From: an uncultured Chloroflexia bacterium
GTDB lineage: Bacteria; Chloroflexota; Dehalococcoidia; UBA2979
Assembly (NCBI GenBank): GCA_963728205.1
Contig: CAVSIV010000002.1
Coordinates: 1-64,000 of the forward strand
Length of the DNA stretch: 64,000 nucleotides
Direction: 5' to 3'
Shown: piece after piece, positions 30,076 through 39,470 of the stretch
Layout of the letters: each line of letters starts with the position of its first letter
Position numbering within the stretch: the first letter of the stretch is position 1
Made by a program: the position numbers and the translations under genes
Notes under the pieces: model-generated
The model's database searches: none
The model's input: only the letters and a program-made list of their open reading frames with translations
Told to the model about the DNA's origin: nothing

Positions 30076-30324
30076 CGACGTTCGCGATAGCGCGGTGCGG
30101 CGGGTCCAACGAGCGCCGGTCCGCTGCTTGCCCGCGCTCCTCCGCCCGCTTGACCCTGAGCCGCGCGCAATCGAGTCTCGTCCGCACGCGCGAGCGCGCC
30201 GCGCTCGCGGGCGGAGAGAGGCCGATGGTGAGGACGCAGGCGTGCCGCTCGTGAGCATCGACCGCGGCCCGCGCCGCCGCCCCGCCCGCCCCGTCGCTCC
30301 CGCGGCCACTCACGGCGCCGCCCG

Positions 30325-31530
30325 ATGCTGAGACAGCGCAGCACCTGGCCGCTCGTTGCCGTGGGCGTCGTCGTCCTCGTCGTCGCGCTCTTCGCGTTCT
30401 CGCTCGTCCAGCGCTACCGCCGCCCGCTCCCGCCGCCCGTCTACGCGCCGGGCGCCATGCCGACCCGGGTCGCCGGCAACCCGCCGTCGCTGCCCTGGCC
30501 CGACAAGGGCGCCGCCGCCGTCGCCATCGAGGGCAGCGGCCTGATCGCCGCGCACAACGACGACCAGGTGCGCTCGCTCGCGAGCGTCACCAAGATGATG
30601 ACGGCGCTCGTCATCCTGCAGGACCACCCGCTGCGCCACGGCGAGCAGGGCCCGACGATCACCGTGACCCCCGAGGACGTGACCGCCTACCACAACGCCG
30701 TCGCCGACGACGAGTCGGTCGTCGAGGTCGTGGCCGGCGAGCAGCTCACCCAGTACCAGTTGCTGCAGGGGCTGCTCATCCCGTCGGCCAACAACTTCGC
30801 CGAGATCCTCGCCCGCTGGGACGCCGGCTCCATGCCGGACTTCGTCGCGAAGATGAACGCGCAGGCGCAGCAGCTCGGCCTCACGCGGACGCACTACGCC
30901 GACGCCAGCGGCAACGACCCCGCGTCGGTCGGCACCGCGACCGAGCAGGTCGCGCTCGCGCAGCAGGCGATGTCGAACGACGTCTTCGCCGAGATCGTCG
31001 CGCTGCCGCAGGCCGACCTGCCGGTGGTCGGCACCGTCTACAACGTCGACCGTCTGATCGGGAAGAACGGCGTGATCGGCGTGAAGACCGGCTCCAGCCC
31101 GGAGGCCGGCTCGTGCTTCGTCTTCGCGGCGACGGCGACGAGCGCCGGAGGACCCGTGAAGGTGTTCGGCGCCGTGCTCGGGCTGCCTCAGCTCGACGAC
31201 GCCTTCGCCGCGACGCAGACGCTGATCCCGGCGGCGGCGAAGGTGCCGCAGCGCGTGCAGCTGATTGCCTCGGGCGCGGACGCGGGTGAGGTGACGACGG
31301 CGTGGGGCGACCGCGTGCCGGTGCGCACTGCGGGCGACGCGACGTTCGTCGGCTGGGCGGGCATGGCGGTGAAGGCGACCGTTGACGCGTCGGCACCCGC
31401 GATCGGCGCGCCCGCGGGCACCCGCGTCGGCACCGTGACGTTCGAGGTGGCCGGCCAGAAGCAGGTCGTGCCGCTCGAGACGACTGCGGCGGTCACGGTC
31501 CCGGGCTGGCGCTGGCGCACGTTCCGCTAG
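30325..31530 (+). CDS. D-alanyl-D-alanine carboxypeptidase (peptidase S11)
   Basis: ASVTK (SxxK), SAN (SxN), KTG; N-terminal TM anchor. Confidence 0.92.
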   Translation: MLRQRSTWPLVAVGVVVLVVALFAFSLVQRYRRPLPPPVYAPGAMPTRVAGNPPSLPWPDKGAAAVAIEGSGLIAAHNDDQVRSLASVTKMMTALVILQDHPLRHGEQGPTITVTPEDVTAYHNAVADDESVVEVVAGEQLTQYQLLQGLLIPSANNFAEILARWDAGSMPDFVAKMNAQAQQLGLTRTHYADASGNDPASVGTATEQVALAQQAMSNDVFAEIVALPQADLPVVGTVYNVDRLIGKNGVIGVKTGSSPEAGSCFVFAATATSAGGPVKVFGAVLGLPQLDDAFAATQTLIPAAAKVPQRVQLIASGADAGEVTTAWGDRVPVRTAGDATFVGWAGMAVKATVDASAPAIGAPAGTRVGTVTFEVAGQKQVVPLETTAAVTVPGWRWRTFR

Positions 31531-31558
31531 GCGCGGGCCTGCGGCGCGACCGGGTGTG

Positions 31559-31765
31559 TCAGCGACGCAGCCAGGTTCCGGCGAGCGCCACGATCCCCGC
31601 GACGAGCACGACGAGCCCGACGATGATCGTCCATCCGAGCAGCATCAGCACGGCGCCCAGCGCGATCGTGAGGAACGCCGCGATCATGACGCCGCGCCCG
31701 CGCGACGTCCGTCTCGCCCCGCGCGCCGGCGGCTGCGAGCGTGGTGCGCCAGTCTCGTCGGCCAC
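31559..31765 (-). CDS. Small two-TM membrane protein
   Basis: GGGAGG before GTG; hydrophobic C-terminal half. Confidence 0.55.
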   Translation of the reverse strand: MADETGAPRSQPPARGARRTSRGRGVMIAAFLTIALGAVLMLLGWTIIVGLVVLVAGIVALAGTWLRR

Positions 31766-31911
31766 CTGGCCCTCCCATCGCCATCGAACGCGAGAGGCCG
31801 AGGCTAGTCCGCGGCACGTGCCGGTCGCGTAACGCCACGGGGCGAATGCCTTGCGGGTGGATTGCCGCCCCGTCGTAACCCGACGCGAGCAGAACGCGGC
31901 GCGTGTGCGAG

Positions 31912-32121
31912 CTAGCTCCGCGCGGCCTGCAGCAGGACGTAGATCACGACGTACCCGCCGACCGTCAGTGCGATCGGCCATCCGGCCATCCACGCATCGG
32001 CGGAGACGAACCAGTTTCCCCACCCCGGCGATCCGACCTGTGACCGGCGGACCAGCCAGTGCAGGGTCTGGAACCCCAGCGTGAACAGGATGGCTGCGCT
32101 GAACGCGATGATCGTTTCCAC
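31912..32121 (-). CDS. Small membrane protein
   Basis: 69 aa, two hydrophobic segments, non-shadow composition. Confidence 0.55.
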   Translation of the reverse strand: METIIAFSAAILFTLGFQTLHWLVRRSQVGSPGWGNWFVSADAWMAGWPIALTVGGYVVIYVLLQAARS

Positions 32122-32207
32122 GCCGGGATCGTGTGCTCAGATCCCCGGCGGGGTCAAGGCGCGGTCGCCCCACCTCTCGTATCGTGCGGAGCGGAAGGGG
32201 GCAGCGC

Positions 32208-33035
32208 GTGGATCCCTACATCTGTCGGACCTGCGGGGTGGAGTACGCGGCGAGCGAGCAGCCGCCGGCGCGCTGCGTGATCTGCGACGACGAGCGGCAG
32301 TACGTCGGCTGGGGCGGCCAGCGCTGGACGACGATGGCCGAGCTGATCGCCGAGGGCCATCGCAACGACGTCCGCGAGCTCGAGCTCGGGCTGACGGGCA
32401 TCGGCATCGCACCCTCGTTCGGCATCGGGCAGCGTGCATTGCTCGTCCGCACCCCCGGCGGCAACGTGCTCTATGACTGCGTCGGCGTGCTCGACGACGA
32501 CGCCCGCGCGGCCGTCGCGGCGCTGGGTGGGATCGCGGCGATCTGCCTCTCGCATCCGCACTTCTACGCTGCCATGGTCACGTGGAGCCACGCATTCGAC
32601 GGCGCGCCCATCTACGTGCCGGAGTCCGACCGCGAGTTCGTCACCCGCCCCGACGACGTGATCCGCTGGTGGGACGGCAGTCCCACGGAACTCGTCCCCG
32701 GCGCGACGCTGATCCGCACCGGCGGGCACTTCCCCGGCAGCGCCGTGCTGCACTGGCGCGACGGGGCCGAGGGCCGCGGTGCGCTCTTCGTGGGCGACTC
32801 GATCACGGTGGTTCCGGACCGGCGCTACGTCAGCTTCATGTTCAGTTACCCGAACCTGATCCCGCTGCCGCCGGCCGCCGTGCAGCGGATCGTGGACGCG
32901 GTGGAGCCGTTCGCGTTCGACCGCATCTACGGCGGGTGGTGGGGCCGCGACGTGCTCGCCGGCGCGAAGGACGCGGTGCGCGCCTCCGCCGAGCGCTACA
33001 TCGCGATCGAGGAGGGACGGCGGCCGATCACGTAG
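32208..33035 (+). CDS. MBL-fold metallo-hydrolase with N-terminal CxxC/CxxC
   Basis: ICRTCG, CVICDDERQY, SHPHFY, GGHFPG, SYPNLIP. Confidence 0.88.
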   Translation: MDPYICRTCGVEYAASEQPPARCVICDDERQYVGWGGQRWTTMAELIAEGHRNDVRELELGLTGIGIAPSFGIGQRALLVRTPGGNVLYDCVGVLDDDARAAVAALGGIAAICLSHPHFYAAMVTWSHAFDGAPIYVPESDREFVTRPDDVIRWWDGSPTELVPGATLIRTGGHFPGSAVLHWRDGAEGRGALFVGDSITVVPDRRYVSFMFSYPNLIPLPPAAVQRIVDAVEPFAFDRIYGGWWGRDVLAGAKDAVRASAERYIAIEEGRRPIT

Positions 33036-33107
33036 CGCATCCTCGCGCCGCCGGGGCCGCCCGTTCGAGCCCGCCGCCAGTGCCGTCCCGCCAGGTCGGG
33101 AGGGCAC

Positions 33108-33707
33108 TCAGTCCTCGAGGATGCGTCGCGCGGCGGCCCGTGCTTCGGCGCGCGCGGCGTCCAGCGAACCCCCATTCACGACATAACGGAACGCCTCGTT
33201 GACGACGGCGCCGATCATCCGCGTCACCAGCGCCGCGTCGCGGTCGCTGCGCCCCCGCGTGGCGAGCACCTGCGCGACCGGCGGCTCGAGCATGGCCACG
33301 AGGCGCTGGTGGCCCGCGACGATCGCCGCCTGCGTATCCGGCCCAACGACGCTCAACTCGCGGATCAGCTGGTTGCCGATGCCATGCTCGTGCTCGGCCG
33401 TCAGCCCCAGCTGGAAGTCGATCCAGCGTTCCACCTGCTCGGCAGGGGGCACGTCGAGCGCGAGGATCGCCGCGGTGCGCTCGACCGTCGGCGCGAGCGC
33501 GCGCTCGAACCACGCGACGAGGATCTCCTCGGTGCTCGCGAAGTAGCGGTAGAGCGAGTTGCGCGCCAGGCCGACCGCGCGCGCGATCTCCGCGTAGTCG
33601 GTGCGCGCGAAGCCGCGCTCGACGAACAGCGCGGCGGCGGCGTCGAGGATGGCGTCGCGCTGCCGGCGGACGTGCTCGGCGAGCGAAGCGGCCCTAATGC
33701 GGGGCAT
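33108..33707 (-). CDS. TetR family regulator
   Basis: ILDAAAALF...IARAVGLARNSLYRYF. Confidence 0.92.
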   Translation of the reverse strand: MPRIRAASLAEHVRRQRDAILDAAAALFVERGFARTDYAEIARAVGLARNSLYRYFASTEEILVAWFERALAPTVERTAAILALDVPPAEQVERWIDFQLGLTAEHEHGIGNQLIRELSVVGPDTQAAIVAGHQRLVAMLEPPVAQVLATRGRSDRDAALVTRMIGAVVNEAFRYVVNGGSLDAARAEARAAARRILED

Positions 33708-34404
33708 GCTCGGCGTCCCCGGGCGCGGCGGGCGCGGCGTCGAGCAGCGCGCCGTCCTGCATGTGCAGCACCCGATCGGCCCAGTCGACGAGGGCAGGGT
33801 CGTGCGTGACGAGGACCGTCGCCACGCCCCGCCGCTTCGTCTCCTCTGCCAGCAGCCGCGCGATCTCGATGCTGCGCGCGTGGTCGAGCGAAGCGGTCGG
33901 CTCGTCGGCGAGCAGCACGGCCGGCGCGGCCATCAGCGCGCGGGCGACGCCCACGCGCTGGCGCTCGCCGCCGGACATCTCGTGCGGCCGACGCGCGGCC
34001 AGCGCGCCGACGCCGAGCTCGTCGAGCAGCGCCTGCGCGCGGTCGCGGCTCTCGGCCCGCAGCTCGCCGCGGATGTGGTCGACGAGCAGCAGCTGCTCGA
34101 TCGCCGTCAGCGGCGCGAGCAAATTGTCGAACTGGAACACGAGCCCGATCTGGCGCGACCGAGTGCGCGCGCGCGCCCGCTCGTTCGTCGCCGTGACGTC
34201 GACGCCGTCGATGCGCACCCGCCCGGCCGTCGGCTGCAGCAGCAGCCCGGCCACCGCCAGCAGGCTCGACTTCCCGGAGCCTGACGGCCCGAGGATGCAG
34301 ACGAGCTCGCCCGGACGCACCTCGACGCTGACGTCGTCGAGCGCGGTCACGGCCTGCGCGCCGCGGCCGAGCTCGAGGTGGATGGACTCCAGTTGCAGCG
34401 TCAT
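33694..34404 (-). CDS. ABC exporter ATPase (HrtA/LolD-like)
   Basis: GPSGSGKS, MSGGERQ, ADEPTASLD, VTHD. Confidence 0.9.
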   Translation of the reverse strand: MTLQLESIHLELGRGAQAVTALDDVSVEVRPGELVCILGPSGSGKSSLLAVAGLLLQPTAGRVRIDGVDVTATNERARARTRSRQIGLVFQFDNLLAPLTAIEQLLLVDHIRGELRAESRDRAQALLDELGVGALAARRPHEMSGGERQRVGVARALMAAPAVLLADEPTASLDHARSIEIARLLAEETKRRGVATVLVTHDPALVDWADRVLHMQDGALLDAAPAAPGDAEHAPH

Positions 34405-35513
34405 CGGCGCACCCCCAGCGCGAGCAGCGGGTCGACCGCGGTCACCCGGCGCACGCCGATCAGCGCGCCGACGAGACCGGTCGCGACGAGCAGCAGCGAC
34501 GCCAGCACGACCGGCTGCGCGCGCAGCGCGAACGGCACGGCGCCCGGCACGAGCATGCCCAGCCCCACGCCGATTCCCGTGCCCACCAGCACGAACGCGA
34601 CCATCACGAGCAGCGCCTGCCCGAGCGCGTCGCGCAGCACATAGCGGTTCGACGCGCCGAGCGCCTTCAGCACGCCGATCTCCGGCGTGCGCTGGATCGT
34701 CCACACGGTGAAGAACGCCCCGACCATCAGCGCTGAGATCACGTAGAGGAAGCCGCGGATCAGCGTCATCGTCGACGTCTCGGCGCTGTAACCGGGCGAG
34801 CCGGCGTACGCGCCGCTCTTTGTCACGCTCTCGGTGCCGAGCTTCGCGTCGATTGCCGCGACGTCCGTGGCGGCTGGCACGCGCAGTGCGACGGCGGACG
34901 CGAGCTGGCTCGCCCCCGCCGACAGCTCGCCGTTCGAGGCGAGCCCGTAGGTCGCGCGCTGCCACAGCGCCAGCGACGCGTACGCGATCGGGACGTGCCC
35001 GTACGACGCGCGCGCCGCCGTGCCCACGACGCGCACCTGCAGCGCGACCGGCTCGAGCGTGAGCGTGTCGCCGATGTGCACGCCCTGGTCGACCAGCTGC
35101 TGCGTCACCACGATGCCGTCGTCGGCCGCCCCGATCGGCCGGCCGGCCGCGGCGCCGGGGTCGATGAACGAGCCGGGCTGGATGCCGAACATCGCGATGT
35201 CGACGGCGACGCCGCCCGCGGTGCGCCCGTTGAAGATGGTGCTGCCGAGCGGAGCGGCCTGGACCCCGGGCTCGGTCGCCCAGCCCTGCCACATCGTCTG
35301 CTTCACGGTCGACCGCGAGAACGTCGCTTTCGCGCCCGGCTGGAACGCGAGGTGCGTCACGGGGAGGGCGCGCAGCCCGCTGATGCCGTCGTCGACGAGG
35401 CCCGTGGCGAGGCCGGACAGCAGGACGGTGAGCACGCCGACGAGCGCGACGACGGCGCCGATCAGCACGAAGCGGCCGCGGGTGAACCACAGCTCGCGGA
35501 GGGACAGGAACAT
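34401..35513 (-). CDS. FtsX-type permease (HrtB-like)
   Basis: MFLSLREL, SPGYSAE, GAFFTVWTIQR, IGVLKALGAS. Confidence 0.88.
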   Translation of the reverse strand: MFLSLRELWFTRGRFVLIGAVVALVGVLTVLLSGLATGLVDDGISGLRALPVTHLAFQPGAKATFSRSTVKQTMWQGWATEPGVQAAPLGSTIFNGRTAGGVAVDIAMFGIQPGSFIDPGAAAGRPIGAADDGIVVTQQLVDQGVHIGDTLTLEPVALQVRVVGTAARASYGHVPIAYASLALWQRATYGLASNGELSAGASQLASAVALRVPAATDVAAIDAKLGTESVTKSGAYAGSPGYSAETSTMTLIRGFLYVISALMVGAFFTVWTIQRTPEIGVLKALGASNRYVLRDALGQALLVMVAFVLVGTGIGVGLGMLVPGAVPFALRAQPVVLASLLLVATGLVGALIGVRRVTAVDPLLALGVRR

Positions 35514-35533
35514 CCGCTTGCCCTTCGCAGATA

Positions 35534-35561
35534 GCGACAGGTTGTCGCGACAGAGTGTCGC
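35534..35561. promoter_or_regulatory. Two overlapping palindromes GCGACA-N3-TGTCGC, likely TetR operator
   Basis: GCGACAGGTTGTCGC (35534-35548) and GCGACAGAGTGTCGC (35547-35561), about 20 bp upstream of the permease start. Confidence 0.75.
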
Positions 35562-35640
35562 GACCATCGGATGCACGGGCAAGCGACGGGGCGGGCCGTC
35601 TGGCCCGCCCCGTGCCGCGCTCTCGGTCAAACGCGAGAAT

Positions 35641-36603
35641 TCAGCTGCGCATGCGCGGGTCGAGGACGTCGCGCAGGGCGTCGCCGAGCACGTTGAAGCC
35701 GAAGACCGCCATGCTCAGCGCGAGCCCCGGCGCGATCAGCAGCCAGGGCGCGCGGTCCATCCACTGTCGTCCTTCGCGGCTGAGCATGCCGCCCCACGTC
35801 GGGACGTCGGGCGGCACGCCGAGCCCGAGAAACGACAGCGTCGCCTCGAGCAGGATCGCCTGCCCCAGCCAGAGCGTGGCGAGCGTGATCGTGAGCGGCA
35901 GGATGTTCGGCAGGATGTGCACGTTCATCAGCCGGAAGTCGCTCGCGCCGAGCGCGCGCGCCGCCTCGACGTAGGTCGTCGAGCCGACGGACAGCGTGTT
36001 GCTGCGAATCACCCGCGACGCGCCCACCCCGAGCAGGATGCCGATCGAGGCCATCAGCACCACGTTCTCGGTGCGGAAGAGCCCCTTCGCCGGCAGGAAC
36101 GGGATGCGGTAGCCGTGGAAGATGGCGACCACCGCGAGGATGAACACGAGCCCGGGGAACGCCATGAACGCGTCGACGAGTCGCTGGAAGAGCGTGTCCA
36201 CCCAGCCGCCGAGAAAGCCGGACGTCGCGCCGATCGTGACCGCGATGAACGTCCCCCCGAGCACCGCGATCATCCCGATCGTGATCGACACGCGCGCCCC
36301 GAAGACGACCCGGCTGAACACGTCGCGTCCCAGGTTGTCGGTGCCGAAAAAGTGCGAGAGCGACGGCGCGGCGAGGCGTGGGCCGACGCCGAGCGCGTTC
36401 GGGTCGGACGGCGCGATCAGCGGCGCGAACACGGCGCAGACGACGAACAGCAGCACGAGGGCGAGTCCCACCACGCCGAGCGGCTTGCCGCGGAGCAGGC
36501 GCAGGAAGGCGTCGACGTAGAGGTTATGGGCTGCGCGGCCGCGCCCCTGCGGCTCGAGAACGATCGGCGGTGCGAGCGGCGGACGAGCGATGTCTTCGTT
36601 CAC
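35641..36603 (-). CDS. Peptide/nickel ABC permease (DppC-like)
   Basis: GTDNLGRD, YVEAARALGAS, LSFLGLG, GDALRDVLDP. Confidence 0.93.
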   Translation of the reverse strand: MNEDIARPPLAPPIVLEPQGRGRAAHNLYVDAFLRLLRGKPLGVVGLALVLLFVVCAVFAPLIAPSDPNALGVGPRLAAPSLSHFFGTDNLGRDVFSRVVFGARVSITIGMIAVLGGTFIAVTIGATSGFLGGWVDTLFQRLVDAFMAFPGLVFILAVVAIFHGYRIPFLPAKGLFRTENVVLMASIGILLGVGASRVIRSNTLSVGSTTYVEAARALGASDFRLMNVHILPNILPLTITLATLWLGQAILLEATLSFLGLGVPPDVPTWGGMLSREGRQWMDRAPWLLIAPGLALSMAVFGFNVLGDALRDVLDPRMRS

Positions 36604-36612
36604 GCGTGCTCC

Positions 36613-37563
36613 CTACTGGTACCGGATCCGCGGGTCGATCGCGCTGTACGTGAGATCGACGAGCAGGTTGACGGTGACGATCACGACCGCGAGCACGAGC
36701 ACGACGCCCTGCACCGACCAGTAGTCGCGCTGGAAGATCGCGCCGATGAAGTAGCGGCCCATCCCCGGGATGTTGAAGATCTGCTCCATGATCAGCGTGC
36801 CGCTGATCGCGAAGCCGACCTGCAGCCCAATCAGCGTGATGACCGGGATCATGGCGTTCTTCATCGCGTGGCGGAGGACGACGGCTGAGGCGGTCAGCCC
36901 CTTCGACTCGGCCGTGCGGATGTAGTCCTGCCGCATCACCTCGAGCATCATCGTGCGGGTCGTGCGCATCACGCTCCCGGTTCCGTTGATCCCGAGCAGC
37001 AGCGCCGGCCAGAAGAAGAAGTAGAGGTGCCGGACTGGACTGTCCGACCACCCGATGTATTTCAGCGGCGGCGCCCAGCCGAACCAGATCACCGGGAAGA
37101 TGACGAGGCAGAGCGCCGTCACGAAGTACGGCACGGAGAGCGCCAGGATGGCGAAGCTCCTGGCCACGTAGTCGACGTAGGTGTCCTGTTTCACCGCCGC
37201 GATGATGCCGACAGGGATGGCGACGAGCAGTCCGATCAGCACCGAGTAGGTCCCGAGCTCCAGCGTCACCGGCAGCCGCGTCTTGATCTCGCTGCCGACG
37301 GAGCGCTGCGTCCACGGCGATGAGCCGAGGTCACCGTGCGCCACACCTTCGAGGTAATGGACGAACTGGATCGGGATCGGCTGATCCAGCCCGAGATTCG
37401 CGCGCATCGCGTCCATGTCGGCCTGCGTCGCGTAGGGGCGCTCCGACATGATCATCTGAACGACGTCGCCCGGCACGAGCCGGACGATGGCGAACGTCAT
37501 GAAGATGACCAGGAAGATCGTGGGCACCGCCAGCCCGACCCGGCGGATGATGTAGCGCTGCAT
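36613..37563 (-). CDS. Peptide/nickel ABC permease (DppB-like)
   Basis: MQRYIIRR, QDYIRTA, EQIFNIPGMG, IDPRIRY. Confidence 0.93.
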   Translation of the reverse strand: MQRYIIRRVGLAVPTIFLVIFMTFAIVRLVPGDVVQMIMSERPYATQADMDAMRANLGLDQPIPIQFVHYLEGVAHGDLGSSPWTQRSVGSEIKTRLPVTLELGTYSVLIGLLVAIPVGIIAAVKQDTYVDYVARSFAILALSVPYFVTALCLVIFPVIWFGWAPPLKYIGWSDSPVRHLYFFFWPALLLGINGTGSVMRTTRTMMLEVMRQDYIRTAESKGLTASAVVLRHAMKNAMIPVITLIGLQVGFAISGTLIMEQIFNIPGMGRYFIGAIFQRDYWSVQGVVLVLAVVIVTVNLLVDLTYSAIDPRIRYQ

Positions 37564-37676
37564 CGTCGCCTCCTCGATCGGCCCCACGTGCGAGCCGATC
37601 CCCGTGACGGCGGGCCAGCGCGACTGGATGTTCGCGCCGGCCCGCCGCCGGGTGGGTGTCCGAGAGCGGCTCTGCG

Positions 37677-39359
37677 TTATGCCTTCCGGTCGAGCCAGAG
37701 CGACGCCCAGTTGTTCTCGTACCGGTCGAGCGAGTACCACCAGCCCTTCACGGACTGGTCGAGGAACTCGTGAATGTTCGGCGTGAACATGAACGCCATC
37801 GGGAAGTCCTGGACGATCTTCTTCTGCGCGTCCTGCACGACCGACTGCCGCTCCTTGAAATCGACGGTGACGGCCTGCTTGTCGATGAGATCGAAGATGT
37901 CCTTGTTGTAGTGCTTGAAGTACGTCGAGTTCTTGCCGAAGTAGGCAGACAGGTCCTCGTCTGGTTCGGGACTGTTGAGCGGGACGTGGTGTGAGAACGT
38001 GTAGTCGTACTTGTAGGTCTGGTTGTAGTACGCGGCGAGCTCCATCGGCTTCAGCTCGATCTGCGCGTTGATCTTCGACAGCTGCTGCTTGATCACCTCG
38101 CCGATCTGGTCGGCGTCCGGGTTGGTCGCCCAGATCATCGGCCCGGCGATGGACGGGTTCCCCGCCGCCTTGAGCAAGTCCGCCGCCTTCTTCGCGTCGA
38201 ACCCGGCGAGCTCCTCGGTCAACGTCCAGTTCGTGAACTGCGGGAGGATCGGGCCCTTCGTCAGCTGGCCGTCGCCGGAGTACACCAGGTCGAGCACGGA
38301 CTTCTTGTCGATCGACCGCACGATCGCCTCGCGCACGCGGATGTCGTCGAACGGCTTGACGTAGGGTTTGTCCTGCGTCGTCGGCATCATGCGGAACTCG
38401 CGCCAGAACTGGCTCGGCACCGCCTTGTACTGCGAGTCGCTGCTGCGCCCGTTCTTCACGCGGTCGAGTTGCTGCTGCGTCGTCGTGAGTGCGTCGACCT
38501 TGTGGTCGAGGTACAGCGTCGCCTGCGTGTCGGGCTCGGTGACGAGGAGGACGACGATGTTGTCGACGTACGGTTGTCCCGACACGAAGTAGTCGGGGTT
38601 CTTTTTCCAGGTGATCTGCACCGCCTTCTGCCACTCGTCGAAGATGAAGGGACCGGTGCCGACCACGTGCTGAGTGAGGTCGCCGTACTTCTCGACGGCC
38701 TCGCGGTTCACCATGCAGGTCCACGGCGAGCTGATGTAGTTCTGGAAGGGTGCGTACGGTCCCTTCGTCTTGAAGATCACCGTGTGGTCGTCGGGCGTCT
38801 GGATGTCGTCCAGCTTGTCCTTGAAGTAGTAGGCATGCTGGAACTTGCCCGGGTCGTCCGTCGCCTGCCGCTGGATGCTGTACTTGACGTCTTCTGCGAC
38901 GAATTCGCGCCCGTTCACGGGCTCGATGTTCTGGAACTTGATGCCCTTCTTGAGCTTGTAGACGTAGGTCTGCGCGTCGGGGACCTCGGGCAGCGCCTCG
39001 GTCATCTCCGGCTCGATCTTCGTGAGGTCGCCGGTGAAGCGTGTGAGGATGTTGTAGCCCATGCGCATCGGCCAGAACGTGTCGAAGGCCGGGTCGAGGC
39101 TGCGTGGTTCAGAACCGGTCACCGTGGTGAACGTGCCGCCGCTCTTCGGCTGCTGGCCGGCCGCGGCCGTCGAGGCGCCGGCGGTGGCTGAACTGCCGCC
39201 GCTGGACGTGGCGCCCCCGCCGCTCGTCGCGGTCGGCGTGGATGAGCTGCTGCCGCATCCGATCAGCGCCGCCCCCGCGAGCCCGGCGGTTGCCAGGCCC
39301 GCCCCGCGCAGCGCGGCGCGCCGACCCACGGCCCGCGTCCAGTAGTTCCCCTCGCGCAT
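37677..39359 (-). CDS. Family 5 substrate-binding protein, Tat lipoprotein
   Basis: GRRAALRG twin-arginine, LIGC lipobox, VGTGPF, NPDYF, RVREAI. Confidence 0.92.
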   Translation of the reverse strand: MREGNYWTRAVGRRAALRGAGLATAGLAGAALIGCGSSSSTPTATSGGGATSSGGSSATAGASTAAAGQQPKSGGTFTTVTGSEPRSLDPAFDTFWPMRMGYNILTRFTGDLTKIEPEMTEALPEVPDAQTYVYKLKKGIKFQNIEPVNGREFVAEDVKYSIQRQATDDPGKFQHAYYFKDKLDDIQTPDDHTVIFKTKGPYAPFQNYISSPWTCMVNREAVEKYGDLTQHVVGTGPFIFDEWQKAVQITWKKNPDYFVSGQPYVDNIVVLLVTEPDTQATLYLDHKVDALTTTQQQLDRVKNGRSSDSQYKAVPSQFWREFRMMPTTQDKPYVKPFDDIRVREAIVRSIDKKSVLDLVYSGDGQLTKGPILPQFTNWTLTEELAGFDAKKAADLLKAAGNPSIAGPMIWATNPDADQIGEVIKQQLSKINAQIELKPMELAAYYNQTYKYDYTFSHHVPLNSPEPDEDLSAYFGKNSTYFKHYNKDIFDLIDKQAVTVDFKERQSVVQDAQKKIVQDFPMAFMFTPNIHEFLDQSVKGWWYSLDRYENNWASLWLDRKA

Positions 39360-39470
39360 CCGTTCCCTCCTCTGGACACGCCGCGGCCGGTGGTGGCCGG
39401 CGGCGATATGCGCGGAGTTTATACACGGATGTAAAGCAGCGATGTGATAACGAGTCGACGAGCGAGGCGC

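Noticed and set aside
39405-39455. AT-rich stretch with TGTGA half-site upstream of the peptide-binding protein
   Set aside because: Probably the promoter, but there is no complete palindrome to assign a regulator.
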